Assembly: GCA_000995185.1 (NCBI GenBank)
Contig: LCET01000009.1
Span: forward strand, 1 to 45,812
Reading direction: 5' to 3'
From: Candidatus Woesebacteria bacterium GW2011_GWC1_42_9
Lineage (GTDB): Bacteria > Patescibacteriota > Microgenomatia > UBA8517
DNA length: 45,812 nucleotides
Shown here: positions 8,593-18,085 of the stretch, piece after piece
Numbering within the stretch: position 1 is the first letter of the stretch
How the letters are laid out: the number at the start of each line of letters is the position of its first letter
Position numbers and translations under genes: made by a program
The notes under the pieces: generated by a model
Seen by the model: only the letters and a program-made list of their open reading frames with translations
Told to the model about the DNA's origin: nothing
Databases searched by the model: none

Positions 8593-10224
8593 ATGCTAAT
8601 GATAAGGAATGAAATAATTGGGGCGATAAGGAAAGTGGTCCGACGAGATATTCATCTCGAATTCCCGGAAAATTTCCAACATGGCGACTATTCTACTAAC
8701 GCCGCAATGCAGTTTGGGTTGGATGCGAAAAAGATCGTTTTAAAGCTATCAAAAGATAAAAAACTATCTAAAATAGTATCAAAAATAGAAATTGCGGGGC
8801 CGGGATTTATTAACTTCTTTTTATCTAAGAAAACACTTTACGATAATCTAAATATGATTAATCTGGAAAAACTCAAGTATGGTAAATCGGGTATTGGGAA
8901 AGATAAGACGGTTGTTGTCGAGTACTCATCTCCAAATATCGCAAAACGCTTTTCAATAGGTCATTTACGATCAACCATCGTGGGACAGGCGTTATATAAT
9001 TTTTATAAAGTCATTGGTTATAAAGTGATCGGAGATAATCATCTGGGAGATTGGGGGACGCAGTTTGGAGTCCTGCTCCGTCAATTTACAATTTACAATT
9101 TACAATTTACGGACCTGACGATAGATAAGCTTGAGGATTTATATGTAAGGTTTAACAAGTCAGCAAAGGAGAACCCTAAACTATGGGAGGAAGCCCGCGC
9201 TTGGTTTGCCAAGCTTGAGAAGGGTGATCCTGAAGCGCGAAAAATTTGGACGGAAATTAGGAAACTTTCATTAGAAGAATTTGATGAAATTTATAGTAAA
9301 CTGGGAGTTAAAATAGACCATGAACACGGAGAAAGCTTCTATGAAGACAAAATAGACTCGATCGTGAAAGAACTAAGAAATAAGGGCATTTCCATCAAAA
9401 GCCAGGGGGCCGAGATAATAGAATTTAGTGATCATCCTCCGGCGATGATAATAAAAAGCGATGGTACCTCCACATACTTTACTCGCGATCTTGCCCAGGT
9501 AAAGTTTCGCCTGGACGAGTACCGTCCAAGTAAGATTATTTATGAAGTCGGTGCAGACCAGACCCTCCATTTTAGACAATTGTTTAGCGCGGTTGGGAAG
9601 CTTGGGTGGGGCAAGGATGTGGAGTTTGTGCATATTCCTCATGGTTTGATCCAGCTTGAGAGTGGGAAGATGTCGACCCGAGCAGGGAAGACAATTAAGT
9701 TATCCGAGGTGCTTGATAAGGCGATCAAGAAGGCTAGTGAATTGGGCGCCAAGACTGGGCCATTGGCCGAGAAGGTGGGTATTGGAGCGATAAAGTGGAA
9801 TGATCTAAAACGGGAGCCAAAAACTGGATTTACTTTTAATTGGGACGAAATCCTTAATATGCAAGGGAACAGTGGGCCGTACATGCAGTATACCTATGCC
9901 AGAGCAAAGAGTGTTTTAAGAAAAACAAAAATTGCACTTAAGACCGTCCCCTATAGTATTTCGTTAACCACTGAGGAAGAGGTAATTCTTCGCTATTTAT
10001 CCCGATTTCCTGAGATTTTAGTTAATGCGGCGGATAATTACTCACCAAACCTTTTATGTGAGTATTTATTTGCTTTAGCGGGAGCATATAACGCTTTCTA
10101 TAACAAACATAAAATTATTGGAGACCCAAATGAAGCAGGACGGATCGCTCTTACAAAGGCCACAGTCCAGGTAATTAAAAACGGCCTTCTAATTTTAGGA
10201 ATAAATGTTCCTGAGAGGATGTAG
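8593..10224 (+). CDS. argS: arginyl-tRNA synthetase
   Basis: 543 aa. Motifs SSPNIAKRFSIGHLRST (HIGH-type), GDWGTQFG, MSTRAGK (KMSK-like), and the C-terminal anticodon-binding DALR-type region. Confidence 0.95.
   Translation: MLMIRNEIIGAIRKVVRRDIHLEFPENFQHGDYSTNAAMQFGLDAKKIVLKLSKDKKLSKIVSKIEIAGPGFINFFLSKKTLYDNLNMINLEKLKYGKSGIGKDKTVVVEYSSPNIAKRFSIGHLRSTIVGQALYNFYKVIGYKVIGDNHLGDWGTQFGVLLRQFTIYNLQFTDLTIDKLEDLYVRFNKSAKENPKLWEEARAWFAKLEKGDPEARKIWTEIRKLSLEEFDEIYSKLGVKIDHEHGESFYEDKIDSIVKELRNKGISIKSQGAEIIEFSDHPPAMIIKSDGTSTYFTRDLAQVKFRLDEYRPSKIIYEVGADQTLHFRQLFSAVGKLGWGKDVEFVHIPHGLIQLESGKMSTRAGKTIKLSEVLDKAIKKASELGAKTGPLAEKVGIGAIKWNDLKREPKTGFTFNWDEILNMQGNSGPYMQYTYARAKSVLRKTKIALKTVPYSISLTTEEEVILRYLSRFPEILVNAADNYSPNLLCEYLFALAGAYNAFYNKHKIIGDPNEAGRIALTKATVQVIKNGLLILGINVPERM
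9082..9109 (+). repeat. perfect (CAATTTA)x4 heptanucleotide tandem repeat inside argS
   Basis: caatttacaatttacaatttacaattta read directly. Encodes QFTIYNLQFT. Confidence 0.9.
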
Positions 10225-10249
10225 GGGATTGCGTGATATACTTTGATCT

Positions 10250-11521
10250 GTGAATTATAAAAAGTTTAAGCTTCAGAATGGCTTGCGAGTAGTGATCATT
10301 CCCATGCCAAGCCTTGAGAGCGCCACAGTGACTGCTTGGGTGCGCGTCGGTTCGCGCTACGAATCGGATCGCATTGCCGGCATTAGCCACTTTTTAGAGC
10401 ATATGGCTTTTAAGGGTGGCAAGAAATATAAATCTGCCAGGGAGGTTTCGGAGCTGGTGGATTCGTTTGGCGGGGAGTTTAATGCCGGGACCCACAAACA
10501 CTGGACTAACTTTTACGTCCGGGCACGGAGCGAAAACATGGAGGAAGCGTTTGATGTTTTGAGCGATATGCTTCTTGCCCCACTTTTAAAGCCCGCGGAC
10601 ATAGAACGCGAGCGGGGAGTAATTATCGAGGAGATCGGTATGTATGAGGACACCCCGATCGCTAAAATAGGGGAAATTTTTGAAGAGGTCATCCATGGAA
10701 AAACTGATCTGGGACGGGATGTGATCGGTACAAAAGAGACGGTCTTAAAAATCAATCGACAAGACTTTGTTGAGTACCGAGATAAGCATTATAACTCGGG
10801 CAATATGCTAATTACTATATCAGGAGGGATCACTGAGAGCAAGGCTAAATTGCTCGCCGAAAAATATTTCGGCGGTCTTAAAAAAGGGAATAAAACAAGC
10901 CATAGCAAGTTTTCGGCCACCCAAAAAAAACCACAGGCGTTATTGAAATTCAAGAAAACCGACCAGGCGCATTTGATCCTCGGGTTTGGAGGAAGCGGCT
11001 TTGGGCATAAAGACCGTTTTATAGAATTTGTCTTGATGACTATCCTTGGGAGCGGGATGAGCTGCCGGCTATTTACCGAGGTCCGCGAGAAGCGAGGGCT
11101 TGCGTACTCTATCCATGGTGATATAGATAAATATATTGATACCGGGTATGTATCGGCATATGCGGGGGTGGCGCCAGCGAAAGTGGACGAGGCGATAAAG
11201 GTGATTTTGGGAGAGTTTTATAAAATGACTGGCGGAAATCATGGAATTAGCGAGCAGGAACTAAATAAAGCGAAAGAATATATCAAAGGACGGACCTCGC
11301 TTTCTTTGGAGAACACCAGCTCGGTGAATGGTTTTTTCGGGGTCCGCGAGCTTCTAATTGAGAAAATTGAAACTCCAGACCAGATATTTTCTGAAATTGA
11401 TAAAGTCACCGTAGAAGATGTTTCTCGCCTAGCCAAAGGGCTTTTTGGGCGGGAGAAACTAAATCTTGCGGTCATTGGCCCTTATAAATCTCAGGCGAGG
11501 TTTGAGAAATTATTGATTTAG
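10250..11521 (+). CDS. M16-family (insulinase/pitrilysin-like) zinc peptidase
   Basis: 423 aa with the inverted zinc motif HFLEHMAFKG (HxxEH) and a downstream EE segment (RERGVIIEEIGMYED). GTG start. Confidence 0.9.
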   Translation: MNYKKFKLQNGLRVVIIPMPSLESATVTAWVRVGSRYESDRIAGISHFLEHMAFKGGKKYKSAREVSELVDSFGGEFNAGTHKHWTNFYVRARSENMEEAFDVLSDMLLAPLLKPADIERERGVIIEEIGMYEDTPIAKIGEIFEEVIHGKTDLGRDVIGTKETVLKINRQDFVEYRDKHYNSGNMLITISGGITESKAKLLAEKYFGGLKKGNKTSHSKFSATQKKPQALLKFKKTDQAHLILGFGGSGFGHKDRFIEFVLMTILGSGMSCRLFTEVREKRGLAYSIHGDIDKYIDTGYVSAYAGVAPAKVDEAIKVILGEFYKMTGGNHGISEQELNKAKEYIKGRTSLSLENTSSVNGFFGVRELLIEKIETPDQIFSEIDKVTVEDVSRLAKGLFGREKLNLAVIGPYKSQARFEKLLI

Positions 11522-11536
11522 TTGTAAGCTTTCCTC

Positions 11537-12004
11537 ATGGAAAAGACGGTGGTCTTGGTAAAACCCGATGCGCTTCAAAGGGGGTTGGTAGGGGAAATTA
11601 TCCAAAGATTTGAGAGAAAAGGCATGAAGCTTGTTGGGATCAAAATGATTACGTTTGATGATGAGACACTAGATGAGTGGTACGAGCATCACAAAGGCAA
11701 GGATTTTTTCGCTGATCTTAAGAAATTTATGACCTGGACACCGATAGTAGTCATGGTTTGGCAGGGTTTGGATGGGATTGCTACAGTTAGAAAGATAGTT
11801 GGAACTACAAAGGGCAGAGAGGCAGAATCAGGGTCAATCAGGGGAGATTTTGGGATGAGCGGCCAGCAAAACCTGATCCATGCTTCGGACTCGCCAGAGT
11901 CAGCCAAAAAAGAGATAAAGCTAATTTTTGATAAAGATGAGGTATTCGAATATGAATCAGCTTCAGAGTGCTTGATTTACTCGAAAGAAGAGACAAAAAG
12001 CTAG
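11537..12004 (+). CDS. ndk: nucleoside diphosphate kinase
   Basis: 155 aa. Motifs KTVVLVKPDALQRGLVGEIIQRFE and the active-site His region NLIHASDS. Confidence 0.95.
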   Translation: MEKTVVLVKPDALQRGLVGEIIQRFERKGMKLVGIKMITFDDETLDEWYEHHKGKDFFADLKKFMTWTPIVVMVWQGLDGIATVRKIVGTTKGREAESGSIRGDFGMSGQQNLIHASDSPESAKKEIKLIFDKDEVFEYESASECLIYSKEETKS

Positions 12005-15000
12005 TAATTTACTTTATCAACGATAAACCAGCCGAAGCTGATATCTTCTGATACTGGAGTGAGCGTTTCAACCTGGAAACCGTAGCCGCTTTCTTTTTCG
12101 GTCACCACAAGCGGAGAAAGAGTGGGCGAGGTGGGGGTGACCATGATGATGGAATTTGCGGTAACTAGCTCGCTTGGGATATATATCTCAGTCTTACCCT
12201 TGGTAATTATCCCGCTACCGGCGGATTCGCCGCTAACATTATATTTTTGGGCCGTAATTTCTTGAGCGGTGACATTGCCCTTTTCGTCGATGCTAACTAG
12301 CCCATTCATGATCTCGATCGACCCAAGCCTCCCGGGCTGAAGCTCCAGTGAGCCCACGGCATCAATCTTATTGTTGAGGCCATCAATAATTAACGTCCCG
12401 ACCGAAAGCTCGCCGCTTATCGAGACGTCCCCAAGAACAGCGCTCCCACTTACCGTAAGGTCAGTGATCTCTGATTCAAGATTCGTACTAATTTGAGTAT
12501 CAATTTGTTCTCCTTGTTGGTTTTCAAGATTATTGACTCGGCTTTCAAGCTCGATTATCCGCTGAGCCATCCTGGTCATGACCCCGCCGAGCTCTTCTTC
12601 CAAAGCTTCAATCTCTTCACTTGGGGCGCTAACTTCATCCTGGGCGATAACTTGTGAATCGAAATATCCGCCGAGAGCGTCCAATGTTATTGGTTCGGTG
12701 AGTAGTGATCCAGATTGGAGTGTACTGATACTTTTTGATCCACTCATCAGTAATTGGCTAGCTCTTGTCCAGTCGCTTCCGATCCCGCCGTCCCAGTAGC
12801 CCGTCTGGACAAAAGCCATGACTTTACCCTCATTATAGACGGCAGCGTCGGTTACGCCATCTTTGTTGTTGTCGTGAGTGATGAGCTGACCAGAAGCTGA
12901 AGCCTCAGCTGCGACTTGGCTTAAGTAGGCTTTAAGTTCTTCTTCAGTAAACTTAACATCTGGGGTTACCACATCGACTATGGTCGAACTGCCGTCAAAG
13001 TCTTCCATGGCGCGGCCTACAGAAATACCCGGATTCACGCCCTTCATGGCATAGCCAGGCTTAGAAGCGGGGACCAGGTAATCACCTTTCTTAATTGGAC
13101 CATTTTCTAGAGTCACTTTAACTGGTACTCTGCCTGCCAGAGCTACCTGAACAGTCTTAGCCTGGCCACTTTTGACTGCGCTGCCATCGGCATTGGTTGC
13201 TACGCCAGCAGTACTGCCATCTTCATTACCAAGCACCAGTCCAGGTTTGGTGGCGATGATACCAATAGCGTTCCTATCTTCTTTGCCTAGTGATTTAGTG
13301 ACGGAAATATCATTAACTGTATCAATACTAACTACATCTCCCGCCTCGGCAGTGAGGTCATAAGTTTGGTAGTACTCTGCCAAGTCGGCGCCGATTGGTT
13401 CAGTATAGGGGCCGATGGCCAGCCACTGCATGGTTACAGCCCCTAGATAGGTAGTATATGGGGGAATACTGATATAACGATTAACATTAAAAAAACCAGG
13501 TTGAGCGCTGGACACGTAAGCCCGCATATCCCAGGCACTCGTGTCAACACCGCTGACAACGTAGTGGAAACTGATAGGGCTCGTGACCACCATCGGCGTA
13601 CTGTCAAAAGTAATGCCGTAGTAAGTAGTGATTGTTTGACTGGCAGGAACAGCGCTGGCGGCTGGCAGATCAGTGGTGCCGGTCCTAATCACTTGATTTT
13701 TTAGTACGTTACCTGAACTATCGAGGGCTTTAACAGTACTCTGATTAAGACTATCTACTTGGTTAGTAAGGCTAGCAGTTTTTCTCAATAGAGACTCCCC
13801 AGTGTATTCTTTCCAGTAATGAGTGTCTGAGGTGATAAAGAGCTTGTTAGTACCCAGGGTTTGGATGGCGGTAATATCATCATAAGTGGCTCCCCAGGCG
13901 GTGCTGGTATCATCAGTCAGGCTAGCGGCTCCGTTATAGTATTGTTTGCCAATAAATTGGTAATCGTTTTGGCGCGTGAAGGCAAAAGCGCCGCCGCCAT
14001 CAGAGCCGTCATTGTCGCCGAAGTAAGCATTTTGCCCTTCCATAAAAATGGCTTTAGGCTCAATCACTCCCGGGTAGACATTTTTCAGGATCCTAAAGTC
14101 TGAGGTGGTGTCGGGAGTAGTGGCCCAATTTGGAGTAATAGTTAAGACGGTGGCCGTGTTTGACTTAACAGTTCGATATTGGCCAGAGCCGGTGCCGCCG
14201 GTGATTTCTACCATCTCACCCACAAACTCATTAGTCTTCCAAGCCATAGAGGAATCGCCGATGGTTGAAGCCGAGTAGTCGGTGGCATCAGCTACACCAG
14301 TGTGGAGCCAACCCTTACCGCGGTTCATTATTGCCTGGATTTCACTTTGAGAAAGGGCTTTATCATCGATGATAAACAAGTCATCCATGCCGCCGTCAAA
14401 GTCGGCGGTGGTGGCGCCGGTGACTCCCTGAGTGCCAAGATAGAGATTGATCCCATCTGTAGGTCTGGCTCCGGCCAGGCCGGTATCAACCAGCTGACCG
14501 TTCACATAAAAACTGCCCTCCGATACATTATCTGCAAAAGTAAAAGCTACATGGACCCACTCATCAACTGGCAGGGTTTGGGTGCTGGTCATGTTGGCGC
14601 CATCGTCATAAAATGCAAGAATGCCCGTAGCTTCAGAGTAGTAGAAAATCCAGCCATCACCCGTCGCGTTATAGGTACCCATGATGCCTTGGGTGGCTTG
14701 GACGTCGGCTGAATCAACTTTTAGCCAGCCGCCCATAGTAAATGAAGCTCCGAGGATTGGCACGTCGGCGTCGGCAACAATGAAGTACTCGTTAGAAGCA
14801 TTGTCAAAGTCCAAGGCCGAGTCAGCTGTCCCTTCAGGCCCGACAATCAGGGTGGGAGTGCCGGAAACAGAAGTGCTGTCGGCGCTGTTGCCGGAAATGT
14901 CGGTGGCGGCCGCGGCATTATCAAGATCATAAAAATTGTTATAAGTGCCTGATAAAGTAGAGTGGAAAATACCGCCTCTCTCTACAGTGCTTCCGTCTGC

Positions 15001-16152
15001 ATCAATTTGGAAGACGTCAACTCCGGCGCTAGAGCCGTAGTAGATCTTCATAGCCCTATCTTCATAGACCTCAAGCGCATATTTCGTCGAGCCGGGGTTG
15101 GCTAATATTTCCGGGGTGGTAGCGGTAGTAAAGTTCTGGTCAGCGGCGGTCACATCAGCAGTATCGCTTTGAATATCGGAAAAGACCTGGAGCTGAGTGG
15201 CAGTCTCGTTGGTAGCGATTAATTCACCGCCGGTAGTCAATCTAACATTATTAATATCATCGGTTGCGGCGCTGGTGTAGTACTTTCTGAGGACATCTTC
15301 CTTTGCTTTGTTAGGATCAAGAATATAAGCACTGCCGTCGGTCGCTAGGGCATAGTAGGTGACTCCGTTAACTTTAGTCACATCAAAGTCATTAACGGCG
15401 TCGTCTCCAAGGGCAAAGTCAGTATCAGTGTTGGTGGCATAAGAGTTAGTACCGTTACGGCCGGCGATGTTCTGGTCGGAAGTAGAGCGGTTGACGGCGT
15501 CATAGCGAATCAACCTATCCAGCTTAAAGTCGATAACAAACAAACCAGTATCGCCAGAGCCGCCATTGGTAGAGACAAAGACCTGGCCGTCTTGAGCATA
15601 AATCTCGGTAATTACCCCTTCAATTGCCTCGGCGGTGGTGCCGACACCAAATCTCATCCACAAGTTATTGGTGACTTCATCAATGATGATGAGTTCGGTG
15701 GAGGAGCCAATGATGACTGCTTTTTCTGGGAAGGCGGCTTGTTCACAACGGTCATCAGAGCCAGAAACATCGCACTCGACCCCCGCAGAAGCGTCAAGTG
15801 CTTCGGTGTACCAACTACTTGACTGAGCAGTGATGGAGTTTGTCCAGGTCCCGCCATCGGAATCCTTGGAAGTATCATAAGCGAACATGTCATAGATAGT
15901 GCCGATAGAGGTGGTAATTTCAGTTTGACTATCGAGAATAACGTCGCCTTTGATAGTTAGGTCGGCTGGGTTGGTTGAAGCGGTGCCGATGTTCACATTG
16001 CCATTATTGGCGATGGTAAAGACTGAAGTGCCGCTGGCGCTGGCGGTCAAGATATCATTACTTCCGGTTTCATTTAGAGTAACGAGAGCGTTTCCTATGG
16101 CTTGGCCATTTACTGTCAATAGGGAACTGGATGAGCCTGCCGTCTCGATCAC
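12001..16152 (-). CDS. C-terminal segment of a giant surface protein (LamG/concanavalin-like lectin domain, conserved NGPI-GD module, coiled coil)
   Basis: 1383 aa from a GTG. LamG-like region at about aa 405-612 (SFTMGGWLKV...WVHVAFTF...FYVNGQLV...LYLG...FDGGMDDLFIIDDKALSQSEIQ). Module GDVVSID...ALAGRVPVKVTLENGPIKKGDYLVPASKPGYAMKG...GRAMEDF. Coiled coil EEIEALEEEL...IIELESRVNNLENQ. Confidence 0.85.
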   Translation of the reverse strand: MIETAGSSSSLLTVNGQAIGNALVTLNETGSNDILTASASGTSVFTIANNGNVNIGTASTNPADLTIKGDVILDSQTEITTSIGTIYDMFAYDTSKDSDGGTWTNSITAQSSSWYTEALDASAGVECDVSGSDDRCEQAAFPEKAVIIGSSTELIIIDEVTNNLWMRFGVGTTAEAIEGVITEIYAQDGQVFVSTNGGSGDTGLFVIDFKLDRLIRYDAVNRSTSDQNIAGRNGTNSYATNTDTDFALGDDAVNDFDVTKVNGVTYYALATDGSAYILDPNKAKEDVLRKYYTSAATDDINNVRLTTGGELIATNETATQLQVFSDIQSDTADVTAADQNFTTATTPEILANPGSTKYALEVYEDRAMKIYYGSSAGVDVFQIDADGSTVERGGIFHSTLSGTYNNFYDLDNAAAATDISGNSADSTSVSGTPTLIVGPEGTADSALDFDNASNEYFIVADADVPILGASFTMGGWLKVDSADVQATQGIMGTYNATGDGWIFYYSEATGILAFYDDGANMTSTQTLPVDEWVHVAFTFADNVSEGSFYVNGQLVDTGLAGARPTDGINLYLGTQGVTGATTADFDGGMDDLFIIDDKALSQSEIQAIMNRGKGWLHTGVADATDYSASTIGDSSMAWKTNEFVGEMVEITGGTGSGQYRTVKSNTATVLTITPNWATTPDTTSDFRILKNVYPGVIEPKAIFMEGQNAYFGDNDGSDGGGAFAFTRQNDYQFIGKQYYNGAASLTDDTSTAWGATYDDITAIQTLGTNKLFITSDTHYWKEYTGESLLRKTASLTNQVDSLNQSTVKALDSSGNVLKNQVIRTGTTDLPAASAVPASQTITTYYGITFDSTPMVVTSPISFHYVVSGVDTSAWDMRAYVSSAQPGFFNVNRYISIPPYTTYLGAVTMQWLAIGPYTEPIGADLAEYYQTYDLTAEAGDVVSIDTVNDISVTKSLGKEDRNAIGIIATKPGLVLGNEDGSTAGVATNADGSAVKSGQAKTVQVALAGRVPVKVTLENGPIKKGDYLVPASKPGYAMKGVNPGISVGRAMEDFDGSSTIVDVVTPDVKFTEEELKAYLSQVAAEASASGQLITHDNNKDGVTDAAVYNEGKVMAFVQTGYWDGGIGSDWTRASQLLMSGSKSISTLQSGSLLTEPITLDALGGYFDSQVIAQDEVSAPSEEIEALEEELGGVMTRMAQRIIELESRVNNLENQQGEQIDTQISTNLESEITDLTVSGSAVLGDVSISGELSVGTLIIDGLNNKIDAVGSLELQPGRLGSIEIMNGLVSIDEKGNVTAQEITAQKYNVSGESAGSGIITKGKTEIYIPSELVTANSIIMVTPTSPTLSPLVVTEKESGYGFQVETLTPVSEDISFGWFIVDKVNY

Positions 16153-18085
16153 CAGCCTGAAGAGACGATCCTGCCGTTAAGTGGCGTGCAAGGATGGTGT
16201 CATATTGAACTTCATTGGAGAGGATGAGGTAGGTTTGACCAGCGCTTGCCCCACCGCCATCAATGTTTCCATATGCTCCAATCAAAATATCATCATATCC
16301 ATCTTTGTTGACATCTCCGGCACCGGAGACTGACCAACCACTATTATCACTCGCAGCCTCTCCCAAAAAACTGGCATTGGCAGCAGACAGGTCAGTATCC
16401 ATCGCCCAACCAGTGGCTTTCCCTAATATGAGGTAGGTCTGACCCGCACTTGCTCCGCCATCTTCATCTGCATATGCCCCAATCAAAATATCATCATACC
16501 CATCCCCATTGACGTCTCCTGCGCCAGAGACAGACCAGCCACTCCTGTCACTCGCATCTTCTCCCCAAAAGCTGGCATCGACTGCAGACAGACTGGTATC
16601 CATCGCCCAAGCAGTGGCTTTCCCCAGGATGAGATAGGTCTGACCTGCGCTGCTTCCTCCGGCATCATTCCCATACGCTCCAATCAAAATATCATCATAC
16701 CCATCCCCATTGGTGTCTCCGGCACCAGAGACAAACCAACCACTATTATCGTTCAAAGCCTCTCCCAAATAGCTGGCATCAGCGACAGATAAATCAGTAT
16801 CCATCGCCCAACCAGTGACTTTCCCTAATATGAGGTATGTCTGTCCGGCATTACTTGCTCCATTGTCATTTTGATATGCCCCAATAATGAAGTCATCATA
16901 CCCATCCGCATTGACATCTCTAGCACCAGAGATAGAAGTGCCACTCCGATCATCTGCATTTTCTCCCCAGAAAGAGGCATCAGCTGTAGATAGACTGGTA
17001 TCCATCGCCCAAGCAGTGGCTTTCCCTAATATGAGGTATGTCTGACCTGCAAGATTTCCTCCCTCTTCATCAAAGTTTGCCCCAATAATGAAGTCATCAT
17101 ACCCATCCCCATTGACATCTCCGGCACCGCTGACTGAAACTCCACTTTGATCATCTGCGTCTTCTCCCCAGAAAGAGGCATCAGCTGTAGATAGACTGGT
17201 ATCCATCGCCCAGCCTGTGGCTTTCCCCAGGATGAGATAAGTCTGACCTGCAAGATTTCCTCCATCATCATCTCCCCATGCCCCAATAATGAAGTCATCA
17301 TACCCATCCCCATTGACATCTCCGGCACCGCTGACTGAAACTCCACTTTGATCACCAGCGCCCTCACCTCTATAGGAAGCATCGGCTGCAGATAAATCAG
17401 TATCCATCGCCCAGCCTGTGGCTTTCCCCAGGATGAGATAAGTCTGTCCGGCTTGACTTGCTACATCGGCATCTAGATATGCGCCAATCGCCATGTCGTC
17501 ATAACCATCTCCATTAACGTCTCCAACGTTAGTGACAAAATAGCCACTAGAATCACCCGCGTCCTCTCCCCAAAAGCTGGCATTGGCAGTTGAGAGGTTC
17601 TGATCCATATCGTCAGCGTTTGTAACGGTTCCAATATCATAGGTGTTATTTGCGCCAGGGAGGAGAGTGCCGTCGTTTGTTATCGTGAATCGTGTTGTCG
17701 CCGACGCGCTTGCTGTAAAAATGTCATTGCCGCCAGTGTCATCGAAGGCGACAAGAGCGTTCCCTCCAGAGTATCCAGTAACTTCTAATCTGTGATCGGG
17801 AGCGTCGTTGCCTATTCCAACTCTGTTTGCACCAGCGTCTACGAAAAATAAATCATAAAGGGAAGTCCCTCCGACACGGAAGTTAACATCTACCCCTTGG
17901 GCATTGACAATTATTTCAGAAGAGTCCACCCCTTCTATTAGAAGTTGACCTGTTGAGTTTTGAATCCAGGAATCTGATCCATCATGGTAGAGATGCAAAT
18001 CATTACCTGCCCCGAGCCTGAGCCCCGCAGTTAACCCATCGGCTAGAAGATCAAGCTGCCCATTTGTATCAAGGCTGGCAAGCAT
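16070..18085 (-). CDS. middle segment of the giant surface protein: seven-blade FG-GAP/integrin-alpha-like beta-propeller
   Basis: 671 aa with seven 67-aa repeats, each containing GDVNGDGYDDxxIGA (FG-GAP Ca-binding loop) and AGQTYLILGKATGWAMDT. The frame stays open about 17 codons upstream of the listed ATG. The last ~30 aa look like out-of-frame read-through. Confidence 0.85.
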   Translation of the reverse strand: MLASLDTNGQLDLLADGLTAGLRLGAGNDLHLYHDGSDSWIQNSTGQLLIEGVDSSEIIVNAQGVDVNFRVGGTSLYDLFFVDAGANRVGIGNDAPDHRLEVTGYSGGNALVAFDDTGGNDIFTASASATTRFTITNDGTLLPGANNTYDIGTVTNADDMDQNLSTANASFWGEDAGDSSGYFVTNVGDVNGDGYDDMAIGAYLDADVASQAGQTYLILGKATGWAMDTDLSAADASYRGEGAGDQSGVSVSGAGDVNGDGYDDFIIGAWGDDDGGNLAGQTYLILGKATGWAMDTSLSTADASFWGEDADDQSGVSVSGAGDVNGDGYDDFIIGANFDEEGGNLAGQTYLILGKATAWAMDTSLSTADASFWGENADDRSGTSISGARDVNADGYDDFIIGAYQNDNGASNAGQTYLILGKVTGWAMDTDLSVADASYLGEALNDNSGWFVSGAGDTNGDGYDDILIGAYGNDAGGSSAGQTYLILGKATAWAMDTSLSAVDASFWGEDASDRSGWSVSGAGDVNGDGYDDILIGAYADEDGGASAGQTYLILGKATGWAMDTDLSAANASFLGEAASDNSGWSVSGAGDVNKDGYDDILIGAYGNIDGGGASAGQTYLILSNEVQYDTILARHLTAGSSLQAGDRDGRLIQFPIDSKWPSHRKRSRYSK
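16215..17620. repeat. seven tandem 201-bp repeats (FG-GAP blades), six of them highly similar at DNA level
   Basis: The string tatccatcgccca recurs at about 16396, 16597, 16798, 16999, 17200 and 17401, an exact 201-nt spacing. A degenerate copy lies near 17600. Confidence 0.85.

Noticed and set aside
12001-12004. 4-nt overlap of the convergent stop codons of ndk and the giant gene
   Set aside because: It reflects tight packing and is a trivial palindromic CTAG overlap. No terminator or regulatory structure is evident.
16483-17382. Minus-strand ORFs with MGMGMM-type repeats inside the FG-GAP array
   Set aside because: They are alternative frames of the 201-bp tandem repeats. The FG-GAP frame carries the canonical GDVNGDGYDD motif, and these ORFs do not resemble real proteins.
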